64,000 nt of DNA from Lobosporangium transversale (Eukaryota): assembly GCF_002105155.1 (NCBI RefSeq), contig NW_019029013.1, positions 124,001 to 188,000 on the forward strand. Direction: 5' to 3'. The notes below the pieces were generated by a model. That model searched no databases. It had not been told where the DNA came from and saw nothing but the letters and a program-made list of their open reading frames with translations. Positions 1-12,922 of the stretch are shown here, piece after piece (within the stretch, counting starts at the first letter, position 1; each line of letters starts with the position of its first letter). The position numbers and the translations under genes were made by a program.

Positions 1-2455
1 TACAAAAATATACAAAGATGAACAGTATTCTTTTTTATAACTGAAAAGATGACCCATCAGCTTTTAAACACATATATATTCAATAGACTCCCCTGACCAA
101 GAGTATTTGAAAGAAGGTTGCAATTTTACATGTAAAGAAACTGAGAGCGTAACACAAAAAGCTGAATGGACCAGTGACATGGTTGTGGATGTGTATAAAT
201 CTCCACACATTCACTTTTCAACAGGACGGTACTCATTGGCTTTTTTTTTAAACTGTCTTTACTCTCTAAGTCAATATAAGATCATTTTGTATTGAATAAA
301 ATAACCTGGACAAAAGGAGCAGAAAAGTATATAATGCCATCAATCCTTGGTTTGATCCGATTTACTCTTTTGCCTTCTAGTAATCCTTTACCACTTCTAC
401 TTCTCTCTATCACTTCTACTTTACTCTTAATCTCTTAATCCTCTCACTCTCACACCTTTTTGCTAAACTCACGGCACAACGCTTTGGCTGTACGAACTTG
501 CTTTTTGTTACCTTTTCGTCATTGCACACTTGATCGTTTTCGGGTCATCGCCTCATCATCAACCTTCTCTTCTTTTCTTTTTCATTCATTCTTTCATTCA
601 TTCGTTCATTAATATTTTTATTGTCTACAGAACGATTTAATTTCCTTTTGTTCTCTGCTCTTTTAGCAGCTGTCTTTTGTTTTTTATTTTATTTTATTGT
701 ATTATACCCTGTAGTTATTTGTATACTTATTGCCCTACTTATTCACATAAGGATCATTTTTTAGTCCAGGTACAGTATTCAATCATCTTGTACATCATCT
801 TTTTCTCCTTTTCTGCATTGTTTCTTCAATTGCTCTCTCTTCCTCTTCTCTTCTCCCGCGTGTGCTCTCATTCTCTCTTACTCTTTACACAAAATCTCGC
901 TCTCTCTGTGTAATGGTCCCTTTACTCTAATATCGCGTCGGTTTGGGTTTTTTTTACACCTTGGAGATTTACTTGGTTATTGCTATTCCAATTGGGTGCA
1001 ATTGACTTTGAATGAAACACGTTATTCTTTGAGATTAAGAGAGCGTTTCATATGGAGGAGAGAGGGAATGTATATGGGTATGATGCATGGTGTATGTGGG
1101 GTACGCTTTTAAAAGAAAAAAAATATAGATTATCCTCATCTCTAAAAAATGAGCATTTTCCGTCATTGAGATGTTTAGATGTGGAGAAAAAAGATAAAAC
1201 GTAGCCAGTGAACGGGAGCATCTTAATGTCTACACCATGCCACGCAAAAAGAAAAAAAAAACAAGAGCCAGGTCATGGGAGAATTTTTTTGGGGGAGAAG
1301 GAGGGGGTAGAAGACTAGGCTCGGAAAGGAGGTAGATAAAAGAGCCAAAAAAAAAGAAAGTTGTCTATGTTTGTGAAATGATGTGATGTGATGTGTGTTG
1401 TGGCTAGGTGTAGCCCATGTAGCCCGTTTTGTTCTTTGTCTTTCGTTTATTGCATGAAAGAATGACAGTATGCAGGAAGTGCGGTTTTGTAGTAAGCAAA
1501 AAGAAGGAAAAAGAACAAAATGTTGGTAACCTATTATGTGCTTCGTCCTAAAAACTGAGTTTGGGTGTTATTTTTTTTTTTTTGGAGATCTGTCCCCCTG
1601 TCTGCCCTGTCCGAAGCTCTTTCCTCTTAAGAGGGTTCAGGTACACCCCACACCCCACGCAGACAAAACAAAATGAATAATACAGTTTGAAATCCTCGAT
1701 TTCCTCCTTTTCCTCCCACATACACTCAGCGATATTATCAAATCCTGCACATGCACATTGACACAACCACCACACGACATCTCTTTTGGGCAGTCCGGAA
1801 TGAAGGGAAAGTAGGAAAAAAAGAAAAAAGAAAAATAGGGACAAGTGAACACAAAGTCTCTTTCCCATCTCTTCACATTTACACAAACACAAAAATACAA
1901 AATTTTTCTTTGTTTGAATGGAAAAAAAGAACAGATCAGCCCACTTGTTTCTTTTTTGGAAACAATGATCCCGCACACTCCCTTAACGTTACTGTTCTAT
2001 ATACCATAAATACTATGGGTCGACTTCAAGGAGAATGGATCCAATGATCCATGGTATATAAATATAATACATGGATTGTGAGAAAGACATGCCTGCTGAT
2101 CAGCCATCAAACGTCAGCCACACTTCAACAAGTTTTTTCCCACCCTCACTCTCCACACATTCGACGCGTCTCCTCTTTTCCTTCTTCCCGCACACTGCCT
2201 TCTCCTCCTCCTCCTCCTCCTCCTGCGGCTTATTATGAGAGGAGGAAGAGCGCATCGTGCATAATAGCCGAGGAAAAAAAAAAAAGGAGACACAAACATT
2301 TTTTTTTAATCAAGGGCCTTTTCCTTCCTTCCTTCCTTCCTTCTTGAGTTACACAACAAAACTTCGAGAACACAAAGGGGAAGAAAAAAAAGGGTCTCAT
2401 GAATGTGTTGCAATGGCTCTCATTGCAATCGCAATTGCAATTGTTCATTTAACCC

Positions 2456-2487
<32 letters not shown>

Positions 2488-2879
2488 GCGCTGACAGGTA
2501 CAAGGGGTGTACATGTACAATTGTTGTGCGGCTCGGTGCGTGCATGCCTTTGTTACTCCACATTCATCCTCCTCTTCACATATAAATAGGGACATACCAT
2601 GCATCTCTCCCCCTTTTCTCCCACTTTTTTTTTTATTATTTTTTTTTTTAAATCTCACTTTCACTTTAGACATCTTTCTTAGAACTAATCATTTATGTTT
2701 CTTTATGTATACTACCAATCTTAAATAATAGCGATAACGACTATAGAACTAGCCTTTAATTTACACATTTCTCAGTATCCTCCATATCCACCCACCTCAT
2801 TCACTACGAGTCACAGCCATCCTCTTTCCTCTTTCCTCATCCTTCACTTTTCTGAACTAAACATATACCCCCACGCCCG

Positions 2880-3943
2880 ATGAATACCGCTGTCAAGTAA
2901 GCCTTTATCTTTTTCTTGGTTTCCAAGTCTTGGGGTTGTAGTTTGTGGTTGCAGTCGCAGCAGTCATACAAAGGAATAACAAACCTATACTCACATTTCG
3001 ACATTTATACATTACATCCCTTATCATTCTGTTTCTTCTTTCTTCTGATCTGTTTCTTTTCTAGAGTCGCACTCCGTGTGCGTCCGCTTACACTTCAGGA
3101 GCAGATCAACAACTGTTCAGAAAGTATATCATATGTGCCTAACGAGCCACAAATCGGCATCGTTGGATCCGACAAATCATTCACATTTGACTATGTCTTC
3201 GATGAAGAGACCACACAACGTATGGTCTACGAAACATGCGCTAAGGAGCTTGTTGAGCGTTTCTTGGAAGGGTAAATAACACCCTTAGACTCTTTTAGAC
3301 TCTTTTTTTTTCTTCATTTTTGGAGAATTCCTTCTCTTTCCTAAACTAACCTACTTTATTCATCTACTAGATTCAATGTCACAATTCTTGCATACGGGTA
3401 AGCATAAAAACGCGTTCTCTCTCTCTTTTTTTAAATCCAAAAGCCAATTGTCTTAAATCCTCGTCTTACAATTTGACCTTGATGCAAATAGTCAAACAGG
3501 AAGTGGAAAGACTTATAGTATGGGAACAGGTCTGCAATATCAAAATGCTGATCAAGGTACAATATTCCATCCAAAGGGATTTGTTTGCTTTATTTGGTTA
3601 TTTTGAGTGCTCATTGTTAATTTTTTATTTTTTTTATTTTTTTTTTTTATTAGCTATTGTACCAAGAGCAGCCCATGCCATCTTTGAATCTTTAATCTCT
3701 GAAAAAGAAAAAGATCCAGCTATGGAGTTCCAGGTCTTCGTCTCTTTCCTAGAACTATACAACGAAGAGCTCATCGATCTCTTACAAACACAACCCCGTA
3801 CCCGTAAAGATTCAATCCAAGTCCGCGAAGATGGCTTCGGTGGTATTTCATGGCATGGAGTAAAGGAACAGCAGGTTTGTTCAGCGCAAGAACTTTTGGA
3901 GTAAGTGTTATTGATATTGAGAAATAAGCCTATCTTTTTATCA

Positions 3944-3974
<31 letters not shown>

Positions 3975-6900
3975 TACTGACAAAAATTTGCAATCTCTGG
4001 TGTTTTTTACAGCTGGCTTCAAAAAGGAACATTATGTAGAACAACAGCAGCAACAGACATGAACCAGACCTCATCCCGTTCTCACGCTATTTTCTCAGTC
4101 ATCTTAAAGCAACAACGCTCAGAAGAAATTGAAGAAGTTAAAGAGGGTGAAGAGTCGGGATCACCAGCGACAACAACAGTTGTCACAACAAAGAATGGAA
4201 ACAACAGCAAACCCATGAAGAAGCTCTCCTCAAAATTCCACTTTGTCGATCTAGCTGGATCAGAAAGAGTAAGTCTATGGAGCTTTAAATGGTGTTACAA
4301 AATAAAAATAAAATAAAATAAATACTTACCTTGTATACTAATGGAAAATCAATAGCTTAAACGTACAAGGGCTGTTGGAGATCGTGCAAAAGAGGGTATT
4401 TCGATCAACTCAGGGTTGTTGGCTCTTGGTAATGTCATTAGCGCCCTTGGTGACGAGTCACGAAAGTCCTCCCACATCCCATACCGCGATTCTAAGCTGA
4501 CACGTCTGCTTCAGGACTCACTTGGTGGCAACAGTGCTACGCTGATGTTAGCCTGCGTTTCTGGAGCTGATGTTGATATCAATGAGACTATCAGCACACT
4601 TGTGTACGCCAACAGAGCCAGAAACATCCGTAACAGGGTCGTTGTCAACCATGATTTCAAAGATGCCAGCAGCGCAGAGGTTGCTCAACTGAGAGCAGAG
4701 ATCAATCGTCTCAGAATGGAGAACAGTGCCTTCAAGGCCATGGGATCCGGTCCTGCCGCGGAGTTGGACCAAAGACGCGCTGCAGAGGAAATCAAGGCGT
4801 TACGAGGCGAGGTCACGCGTCTTCGCGACCGTCTCCGTGAAAGTAGTGAAGAGTTGTGCGATGTCTTAGCAGAGCGTGACACTCTTCTAGTCGAACGTGA
4901 GGTATCGGGCGACAACATTGAGGCTCATCCCATCATGATCACCTATCACCGCACGGTTATGCAGCTGAAAGACCGCTTGATCGCAGCCGAGGACCAAGCC
5001 TTGGAACTTCAAACGCTTCTTCAACAGAAGCCTAGTGCTGTCTTTGGTCGACGACAAACCCCACCCTCGCGTAACAAGGCACCCTCACCTTTCAAGAGAA
5101 ATGAGCCGCCAGTCACCGATGATGAACACGATGCAGATGGTGAGCATGAAGAGCATAGTATTCGTCGTAAGGATTCATCTCCTCCACGTGGTCGTCAGTC
5201 CAAGCGTAGGAGTAGGCAGTCATCCCGTGCAGTTTCGCGTTTTGATTTTGGTTCCCATGTGGGTAGCATCACCACTGAGCCTGCACAGCTTCCTTCCAGC
5301 CCACCAATCCCTCAAGTGGAGCAGACTCTCTCTGGCGGCGCTTCCTCGTGGTTCCAAAACCTCAAGACAGAGGAGAACCAACCCTTGTCGGCCCAACTCT
5401 TGGACTATTCTTCGTCTTCCTCGTCCATGTTGCAACGTCTCACTACTGTTGACTCCTCAGACTCATCTCATGAATTCTCACGCAGACGTAGAGCTGCTCG
5501 TCATGGGTCTGGCGGTGTTGGCGAGAATGTAGACAAAGCCAAAGAGGACATTCGCCGTGGATTGCTCTTGCTTAAGGCTGAGAAGAATGGTATGGGTATG
5601 GACATGGACTTGCTTAACATGCTTGATCCTTCTGCACCCGCTGTGCAGCTAAGACCCAGCCCAGCAGCAAGTCGTCGCCGCGACTCTATGACCTCTTCCA
5701 TGTCTTCAGGCTCCAGCCATCGATCTCGTTTCCATGCCCTTCCCACCTTGGAGGACGTTGCTAATGGTAGCCCCATTTCGCCTATGCGAGCTTCATTCCC
5801 TCTGCCTCCAGGCCTTTCTTCCTGGAAGGAGGCCACTGCTAGCCCTCAGGATCAAAAGGTCTTCTTCGAGGCTGAGCAAAAGGCGGCCGAGACCCTCGCC
5901 AATGCTATGAAGGCCATGCACCGTTTCAGCTTCCCATTGTCTGCCTCGGATACGATGCAGATAAGCCAGCAGCAGCAGCAATCTCGTCTTGCAGCAGCCA
6001 TCCAGCAGCAAAAGGCCGCCGCTATTGCTCTTCCAGATTCCGATACTGGCTCGATTCGCTCTGGTTCTCTCCATGAGTCTAGCTCATTCAGAGCTCCTTT
6101 ATCGGTCAAGTCCGTGCCTCGTAGTACTGGTGAGAGTATTCCCTCCAAGCTTTCTGAGAAGATGAACTTTGATAGCATGCTCAACGAAGTCCAGAACGGT
6201 ATTGACAGCAAAGAGGAACTGGTCCATCAACTTGAGAGGGCTGAAGTTGACTATCACAACATGCGCTCCCAGTATGAGGTGGAGATCCGCGCTATGGAAG
6301 ATAGGATCCGTGAGACTGAGATGGATCGTGAGCGTGAAAAATGCAGCGAGAACAAGCTTTCAGGTTCTGTTAAGATCAAGTATGAAGCCAAGATCAAGTC
6401 ACTTATGTCTGAGCTCTCTGATCTGCAGCACAAGTATGCAGATGTATCCAAGATCGCGAACGAGAAGCGCAGCGTCGCCGAGAACCAGCTTAGAAGCTTA
6501 CGTGTGGCTGTGGAGACTCTCAAGGCTGAGAAACAGCGTATGATCAAGCGTATGAAGGAGGACGCTGAGCGTATTAAGGAAATGAATGCTGCCAATGATC
6601 GTGAAATTCAGGCCTTGCGACGTGCCGAGAAGGCTGCTCAAGATGGACGCAAGAAGGCAGAGCGCGAGGTCGAGTTGCAGATGCAGCAACAGCGAGCCGC
6701 CATGCTTCAGCGCAACACAGCCGGCAATGCCAACAATCAACAATCCAAAGTCATTGGTTTCCTCAAGAAACCTCAAACACCCAAGGGCATCACCAAAGCA
6801 CCCAAGCGATCACCTCGCATCGGCGTATCTTCCGAGCGCAACGACAGTATGGGCTCTTCTGTGCCCGCACCAAGGGCCAAAGCCAATAAGACCTCTATTC

Positions 6901-9296
6901 GCTTGCAGGTGTCTCAAAAGAAGCAGGTCATCGACCGTGCCATCTATGGTTACATTTCTGGAAGACATGCTATTAACGTTATGGAGGACTTGCTCAAGAA
7001 ACGCCAACGCCTGAGGAGTGAGAAGCAAGAGCTGGAGCAGGAGCGTGTCAAAGTAGTTCAGGCTCAAGAAGAGAGCGCTGTTGCCAATGGCACTGTCATG
7101 CTCGACTTTGCAAGCGAGCCACAGTACATGGATGATCGTCTCAACATGATCGATGCAGAGATTGCTTACATTAACGCTAGAATCAAAGCTTTGCAGGCCG
7201 AGGCTGCTGCTCTGGGATTCGTGACCGCCATCAGAAACTCGAGTGATGAAGAAGGCAAGGATGGATCCACTGTTTGTGATGAGGAAGAGTTGATGGCCAA
7301 GTTGATCCGTCAAGGCATGGCAGAAGACGCTATGGGCCTTCCGCCAGGCTCTGGTGCTGCTGTAGCGTTCGACTCTTCCATTTCCATCTTGCGCTCGCTG
7401 GATCTTCATGAGGCAAGGGAATTCCTTGAGATGATCTTTGAGGACATGGTTGCTGTGCGCAGCCACGAGAATAGTCTACTTGTTCAAGTTACAAACCAAG
7501 AGAAGATCATTGAGGAGCTCAAACGTGCGTTGCAGGCTATGCGTCAGGCTGCCGTAGGAGTTACACTCGGATACGAGAAACGTTGCGATGGATTGGAGCA
7601 AAAGCTTCGTCAGCTTGGATCTTCAGATGCCATGGCTAGGCCCAACGTTGATGGCTCATCTGAGGAAGATGAGAATGATGCTGAAGTTGCTCGGTTGAAT
7701 CGTGCTGCGTTTGGAGGTGATGATATGAAGTCGCCAATCTTGAGTCGAAATGACCCCAAGGATGTGATGTGGACGCCCTTACCCGACAATGCTCTCCCTT
7801 CATCTGGATCGGTTGCAGAAGCTCTCCTAGGTGACAAGTCGAAGCGTGTCTCTACTATCTTTGACCAACTCTATGAGGATGCCATCAAGACTTCAGATGA
7901 GGCTTCTCCTAAGGTTGGCGGTACTGGAGGAGAGTTCTCACGCATGTTGATTGTCAATCAAGAACGCCGTGTCTCTTGGGCTGGTGTACCAGCTATGGCT
8001 ACAGAGGATAACATTCCTCAGGAGCAAGAGCAACAACAACAGCAACAACAGCAACAACAGCAACAACAACAACAACAACAACAGCAGCAGCAAATCCAAC
8101 GCTTAAATCGTTCTAGTAGCACTAGCGCTATAGGTACCAAGACTATCCCTGAGCGCCCCGAAATCCAGAGAAGCAATACAGCAACGTATGGACATCGTCG
8201 TGGCGCAAGCACTGGGCAAGGCCTCGGCATCTCTACTAGTACTGCGAACCGTAGCAGCAATAATTCGAACCGCCTCTCGACTGGTAGTATGGATGTTCAA
8301 TTGTCAAGAGCGTATGCTCCAACAGCATCCAGCCGCCAGCACGAAAATGTTTTTGCTAGACGCAGCTCTACGCCAATCGGAAGCGGAGCTGGAAGCAGCC
8401 CAGCTGTTGGACCCAAATCATCTAATCGACCCCGCTACAGCTCTAATAATGATGGCCCTCTTCCTTCGCCCTCGCATAACCCTCCTCGTCCTCCCTTGAC
8501 CATCCAGACTGGATTCGGGCCTGGTCATCCCCCACTTCGACATGCCAAGAGCCACCAGTCTCTGCGTCATAGCTATGATAGCCGTCGCCATAGTACGCCC
8601 AGCCCTGGTCCTGGCAGTCGGCGTATGCCTCTGCCTCGATCTGAATCGGATGGAGCCGGTTTTGCCGGTCCGACTGCATCCTCTATTGGTAAGGTCAACA
8701 ATGGAAACGCTCGCCCTCTCAGTCGGATTGGTGCAGCCAACATGATGACAACAACGCAGACAGCGACCAACATGGTCCATGGCTCAGACGGCAACCACCA
8801 TCAAGAACATCACATAATGCCTCTCCACCTCAACAACGCGCGACGCACTAGCGGTCCTTGGGAAGATAACCAGAATGTGTATGAGCGTCTGGCTTCAATT
8901 CATACTCAAGCTAGCCAGGCTCGAATCCTGGCGACCAGACACAGTGTCAACTTTGGGTCTATTTCATCGGGTCCTGCGGGCGGGAGCATGATGACCAGTA
9001 CCGGTAACTTCCAACAAATCCAACAGGCGGGCGGCCGCGCGACTCCTAGTGGGGACCGGCTCCGTATGCACCGTCCATCTGTAGATGGTCTGATGATGGC
9101 GGCAGCTGGAGGCCATCATAACAATGGTGCAGAGGGAGCGGATGGTGGAGAGAGGAACTGGTCTTCTAACTCTTCTTCATCTGTGACCTCAGCCGAGTCG
9201 AACAATTCTCCTGCAGAGAACGAATCGTCTCAACACCACACGACTATCCCAGACCCTATTCAGTCCCTGTCCAAGTCGGAAGTCTCTGTATTTTAG
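2880..9296 (+). CDS. Kinesin-4-like (KIF4/KIF21/KIF27-type) motor with long coiled-coil and low-complexity tail, about 1919 aa, 7 exons
   Basis: Exons 2880-2896, 3065-3271, 3371-3397, 3492-3556, 3654-3900, 4013-4268, 4356-9296 join in frame (5760 nt) over GT-AG introns. Motifs: VKVALRVRP, P-loop [12 protein letters not shown], switch I SSRSHAIF, switch [29 protein letters not shown]. Subfamily assignment is inferred. Confidence 0.93.
8031..8093 (+). repeat. CAA/CAG trinucleotide repeat encoding poly-Gln in the kinesin tail
   Basis: Run of about 21 Gln codons in the last exon. Confidence 0.9.
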
Positions 9297-11034
9297 AAAA
9301 TCCATGTAGTATACAAAAACCCTTACTTTAGACTTCATGCCACATCAGTGTTTGAATACAATTTTGATTTCGCATGACATTACTAATAGTCTTTGTGACA
9401 TCATGGAAGAAGTGAGGGCTTCTACTGAAACATCGTGTTGAAATGGGCCGCACCCAGTCGCGTGTATAGATCGAAAACAAAGATGAATGTGAAATGTTCT
9501 TATTGTACCTGATCTCCATAGTCTCAATAAGTGCGCTCGCACTCATCCGTGTTGCTTCTGTTATTCTTTATTGTCTTGTTTATGACCTCTTAACATTTTT
9601 ACTTTTTTTAATGACTATCAGCTCTATAATTCATCCTCCAAGCCAAAGGCGTTCTACCTCGGTCTGATGTTCTGTCTCAGGTCTTCTCCTTTCTTCAATG
9701 GACTGTAGGCCTCACTTCTCCAAGCTGAAGCCCCATTGCAGCAGTTTATCGAACGACTAATTAATGAAGCCTCACTTTTACCAGAGCATGTTTGGTACAG
9801 ACGACAAGGAACAAGGAACAAGGAACATACAACATGACACTTTCTTCGTCGACCGTCAGTTTAGGGCTTATTCCTACTTCCCTAAAGGATGACCTGCTCG
9901 ACGTTACTGCTTAAATATTTCAAAGAATATTGCCTTGTTACAGTCCGGCGTACGGCCGTCGTTGCTCTGATCTACTTTTTTTACTTTCCAAGGTATTTAT
10001 TGTGGTGGCGTCTTAGTGTCGATCCCTCCATAGCTCCTTCATTATCGCTCTTAATGAGATCCAAGTACTGGCAGTCATACTTGTAAGCTTTCCCAACATC
10101 CATGCGGTGGTTTTTTGCGCGTGGCGCTTAAAACCCCATCTGTACTGTCTTGGGCATTTGTATCCTTTGAAAATATTGAGATGCTTTTGTGTTTTCCCCA
10201 AAAGCATTGAGGCCACAACTGGTACTTGATGCTCGCAAAATTGTCGTCGTCAATAAATGACTACACGGGATCGCTTTCTATGCAAACATCCATGTTTTGG
10301 AGCATATTTTTCATGAAACCCACCTGGCATAAACGGATTGTTGTATGACCAATAAAAGCAAACTGAGAGATTGACATGTGCTAATTTCTACAATCTGAAA
10401 AAAAAGGCAGCTTGGATACAACCTGCCGCAGTACAACACCCAATGTAATATGTCCCTTTCCTCAATAGACGAGAAGAGAGAAAATAAATGGCGAGAATAA
10501 AGAAACAAGCTTGACTGACAGATGTGCTTCGTTACTATGGATCAAAAGCTACTTGAGCTTAATGTCTGTAGATTGGTTGTTGTGAAGTCTGATAAACATC
10601 TTGAGGATAGGATAGTATTCTCATCTTCACCCGTGAGACTATTTCCCTTGTTGCTCTTCTTTTTTCCTCTTCTTTATTGTAAGGGGATGAATGATATCAT
10701 CGTTATTCACTATCAACCTCTTCAAGCCTTTTTCCTTATGCTTGGCAAAGGCATCAAGGCATATAAGCCTTCTTTTGCCACCATTCGTAAATTTTTGTTT
10801 GGCTTTTGAACGTACAAAAAGCAAAGAACTTGGTATATTCATTATTCAGTCAAATTCTTTCTTGTCGTATAATGGCTTTCACTTACTTTTGTTCTCCTGA
10901 TCACTGATCTTTTTTCTTTTATTTTTCCTTCGCGAGTGCTTTCGAAAACGAATATAAAAGGGTCAATCTCAATTTTCCTTTTTTCTCTTTTTTTTTTTAT
11001 CCTCGGCCTCCTTGGCCTTCTCGATCAAGCTAGA

Positions 11035-11515
11035 ATGGTAAGCAATACTCCTCAAACATCCACACCTACTGAAGTGTTCAGCCCTCTCATCCCATGCTAC
11101 ATTGTTCTTATTCTAACTTTATCTTTTCCTGCCTGTCTCTCTCCTTCCATGTCATCTTTAGGCCACAAACGATATGAATTCCCTCCTAAACCAACTGGAG
11201 CCTGGTAGTTCGAGCCAGTTCCACGATCAACTGGTGTCTCCATAAACAAAATGGCGCCAGCCCGCCTTGCTCCGTCCTCCTCGCCGAAGCGGCCAGAGCA
11301 TCTCGTCCAAACAGCCAAGCCGCTTCCTCACTCAGACGACCAGGCCAAAGCCTCTCACTCAGCCAGCTAGGCTGCCTTCTCGTCCAAACAGCCGGGCTAT
11401 GTCGTCTCTGCCTCGCTCAAGCAGCTTGATCACCTTCTCGGGCAAACTCAAAGCCATGGCGACCAGCTCCGGACGTCCCCTATCTAAAGAGCAAAACCAA
11501 CAGAAAACTGAATGA
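11035..11515 (+). other. Candidate spliced small ORF (28 aa) or pseudogene with one internal stop
   Basis: TATAAAAG 10953-10960; ATG 11035 followed directly by GTAAGC donor; CTAAC 11113-11117; TTTAG acceptor ending 11161; TAA 11243-11245; same frame then stays open to 11515. No family recognised. Confidence 0.3.
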
Positions 11516-11813
11516 TTCCAACGTCAAAACAAACATTTAAAAAAAAAATCAGAAAAAAAGTCAAAGAAAAAAAAGCATATTAAAAGAAAAGAACTTATAA
11601 AAAAAAAAAAACAAAAAAAAAAACTTATTAAAAAAAAAAAAAAGAAAAAAGCAAAGAAAAGAACTTATAAAAAACAAAAAAACAAAAAAAAAAAAAATCT
11701 AACACTTCAAATTCTAATATAGCAACAACGTATATCCAAGGTAGGTCCGGACGGGCATGAACCTGAGCTGACTCTCAAATGAGCCATGCGGTGGTGGAGC
11801 CCCTTCGGCTGGA

Positions 11814-11860
11814 TTAATGGGTTAATGGGTTAATGGGTTAATGGGTTAATGGGTTAATGG
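11814..11860 (+). repeat. (TTAATGGG) x about 6 tandem array
   Basis: Five full 8-mers plus TTAATGG read directly from the sequence. Confidence 0.95.
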
Positions 11861-12922
11861 TGTGTGCGCGGGCGTTTGCAAGGCCATGGGGCCTGACCAA
11901 TGGAGCACGATTTGCCAGACCACCTCCACGTGGTGTGCTCCGGACAACATCTTGGTAGAGTGTTTTTTGATGATAAAAAAAAAGACATCCCAAGGTGGCT
12001 AAGAGTCTGGCCTTTTGTAGCTCGGGATATAGCCAGATAAGCTAGATAGCCAGCTAACTAAATAAAAATAAAAAATAAAAAGTAATAAAATTAAAGTAAA
12101 ATAAAAAGACAGGTTGGTTTAGTGGCGCCTCTGCAAATGTACCCTCCGGCAAGTGCAGGATTGAAGGCATGTCATTGAGTGGTACAGTTTAGGGGTTGTT
12201 CCTCTGCGGCTTGAACGATTTTGACATAAAAAAGAGGCTGTTCTTTTGCAGCGTGTGCAGTTTTGAAAAATGTCAGTAACTATTTACTCTTATGGAGCTA
12301 TAAAGGGATGCTGAAGACTTGACAATCCCAGCTTAAACATTACAATATTACACAGATAATGCTGGTTAGCTGATATTGAATGGATGCAAAAAAAGGAAAA
12401 AATTAAGTGTGTTCGTTTATTAAAATTGATTAAATTGAATTAGAAAAAAGTTTACGAAACCAGACGATCGGACATGATTGGCTAGAATCTGTCGCGCTTT
12501 TGTGATAAGGTTATGTGACTGTGTATTATCGGTTTGTTGATTTTTTTTTTTTTTTTTTTTTTTTTTTCAAGGTTCCTTTTTTCGTTCATGCATGCATTTT
12601 TTCATTTTTTCATTTTTTCATTTATTCACATTAATTGTTAATGTCACTGTGCGCGTCTCCTTGATACTATTTTCACTCTTATTTTAGGTAAAGACTTGTC
12701 ATGTTCACAGTTGTATTCTTCTTGTTGATAGTTGTTTGCTCACACTTATTCTCTTCGCTCCTTATCGTCCTTTTCAACTTCTCACAGCGACAGTACCTTT
12801 TACTTATACTTTCCCTTTCACCAACCAACCGACCAACCATCAACAAAAACTTTATAGTGTAAAGAATAATACTACTTCACGTTGACTACATTCAATTGCA
12901 TTTGGATAATCCTCTGAGAACT

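Noticed and set aside
107..2879. Short Phe/Lys-rich ORFs upstream of the kinesin
   Set aside because: Translations of A/T homopolymers and low-complexity non-coding DNA.
4548..8794. Many antisense and alternate-frame ORFs inside the kinesin exon
   Set aside because: Shadow ORFs of a long coding exon with no recognisable motifs.
9700..10520. Mixed-composition stretch with short minus-strand ORFs, possible gene or transposon relic
   Set aside because: No motif, termini or coherent frame recognised.
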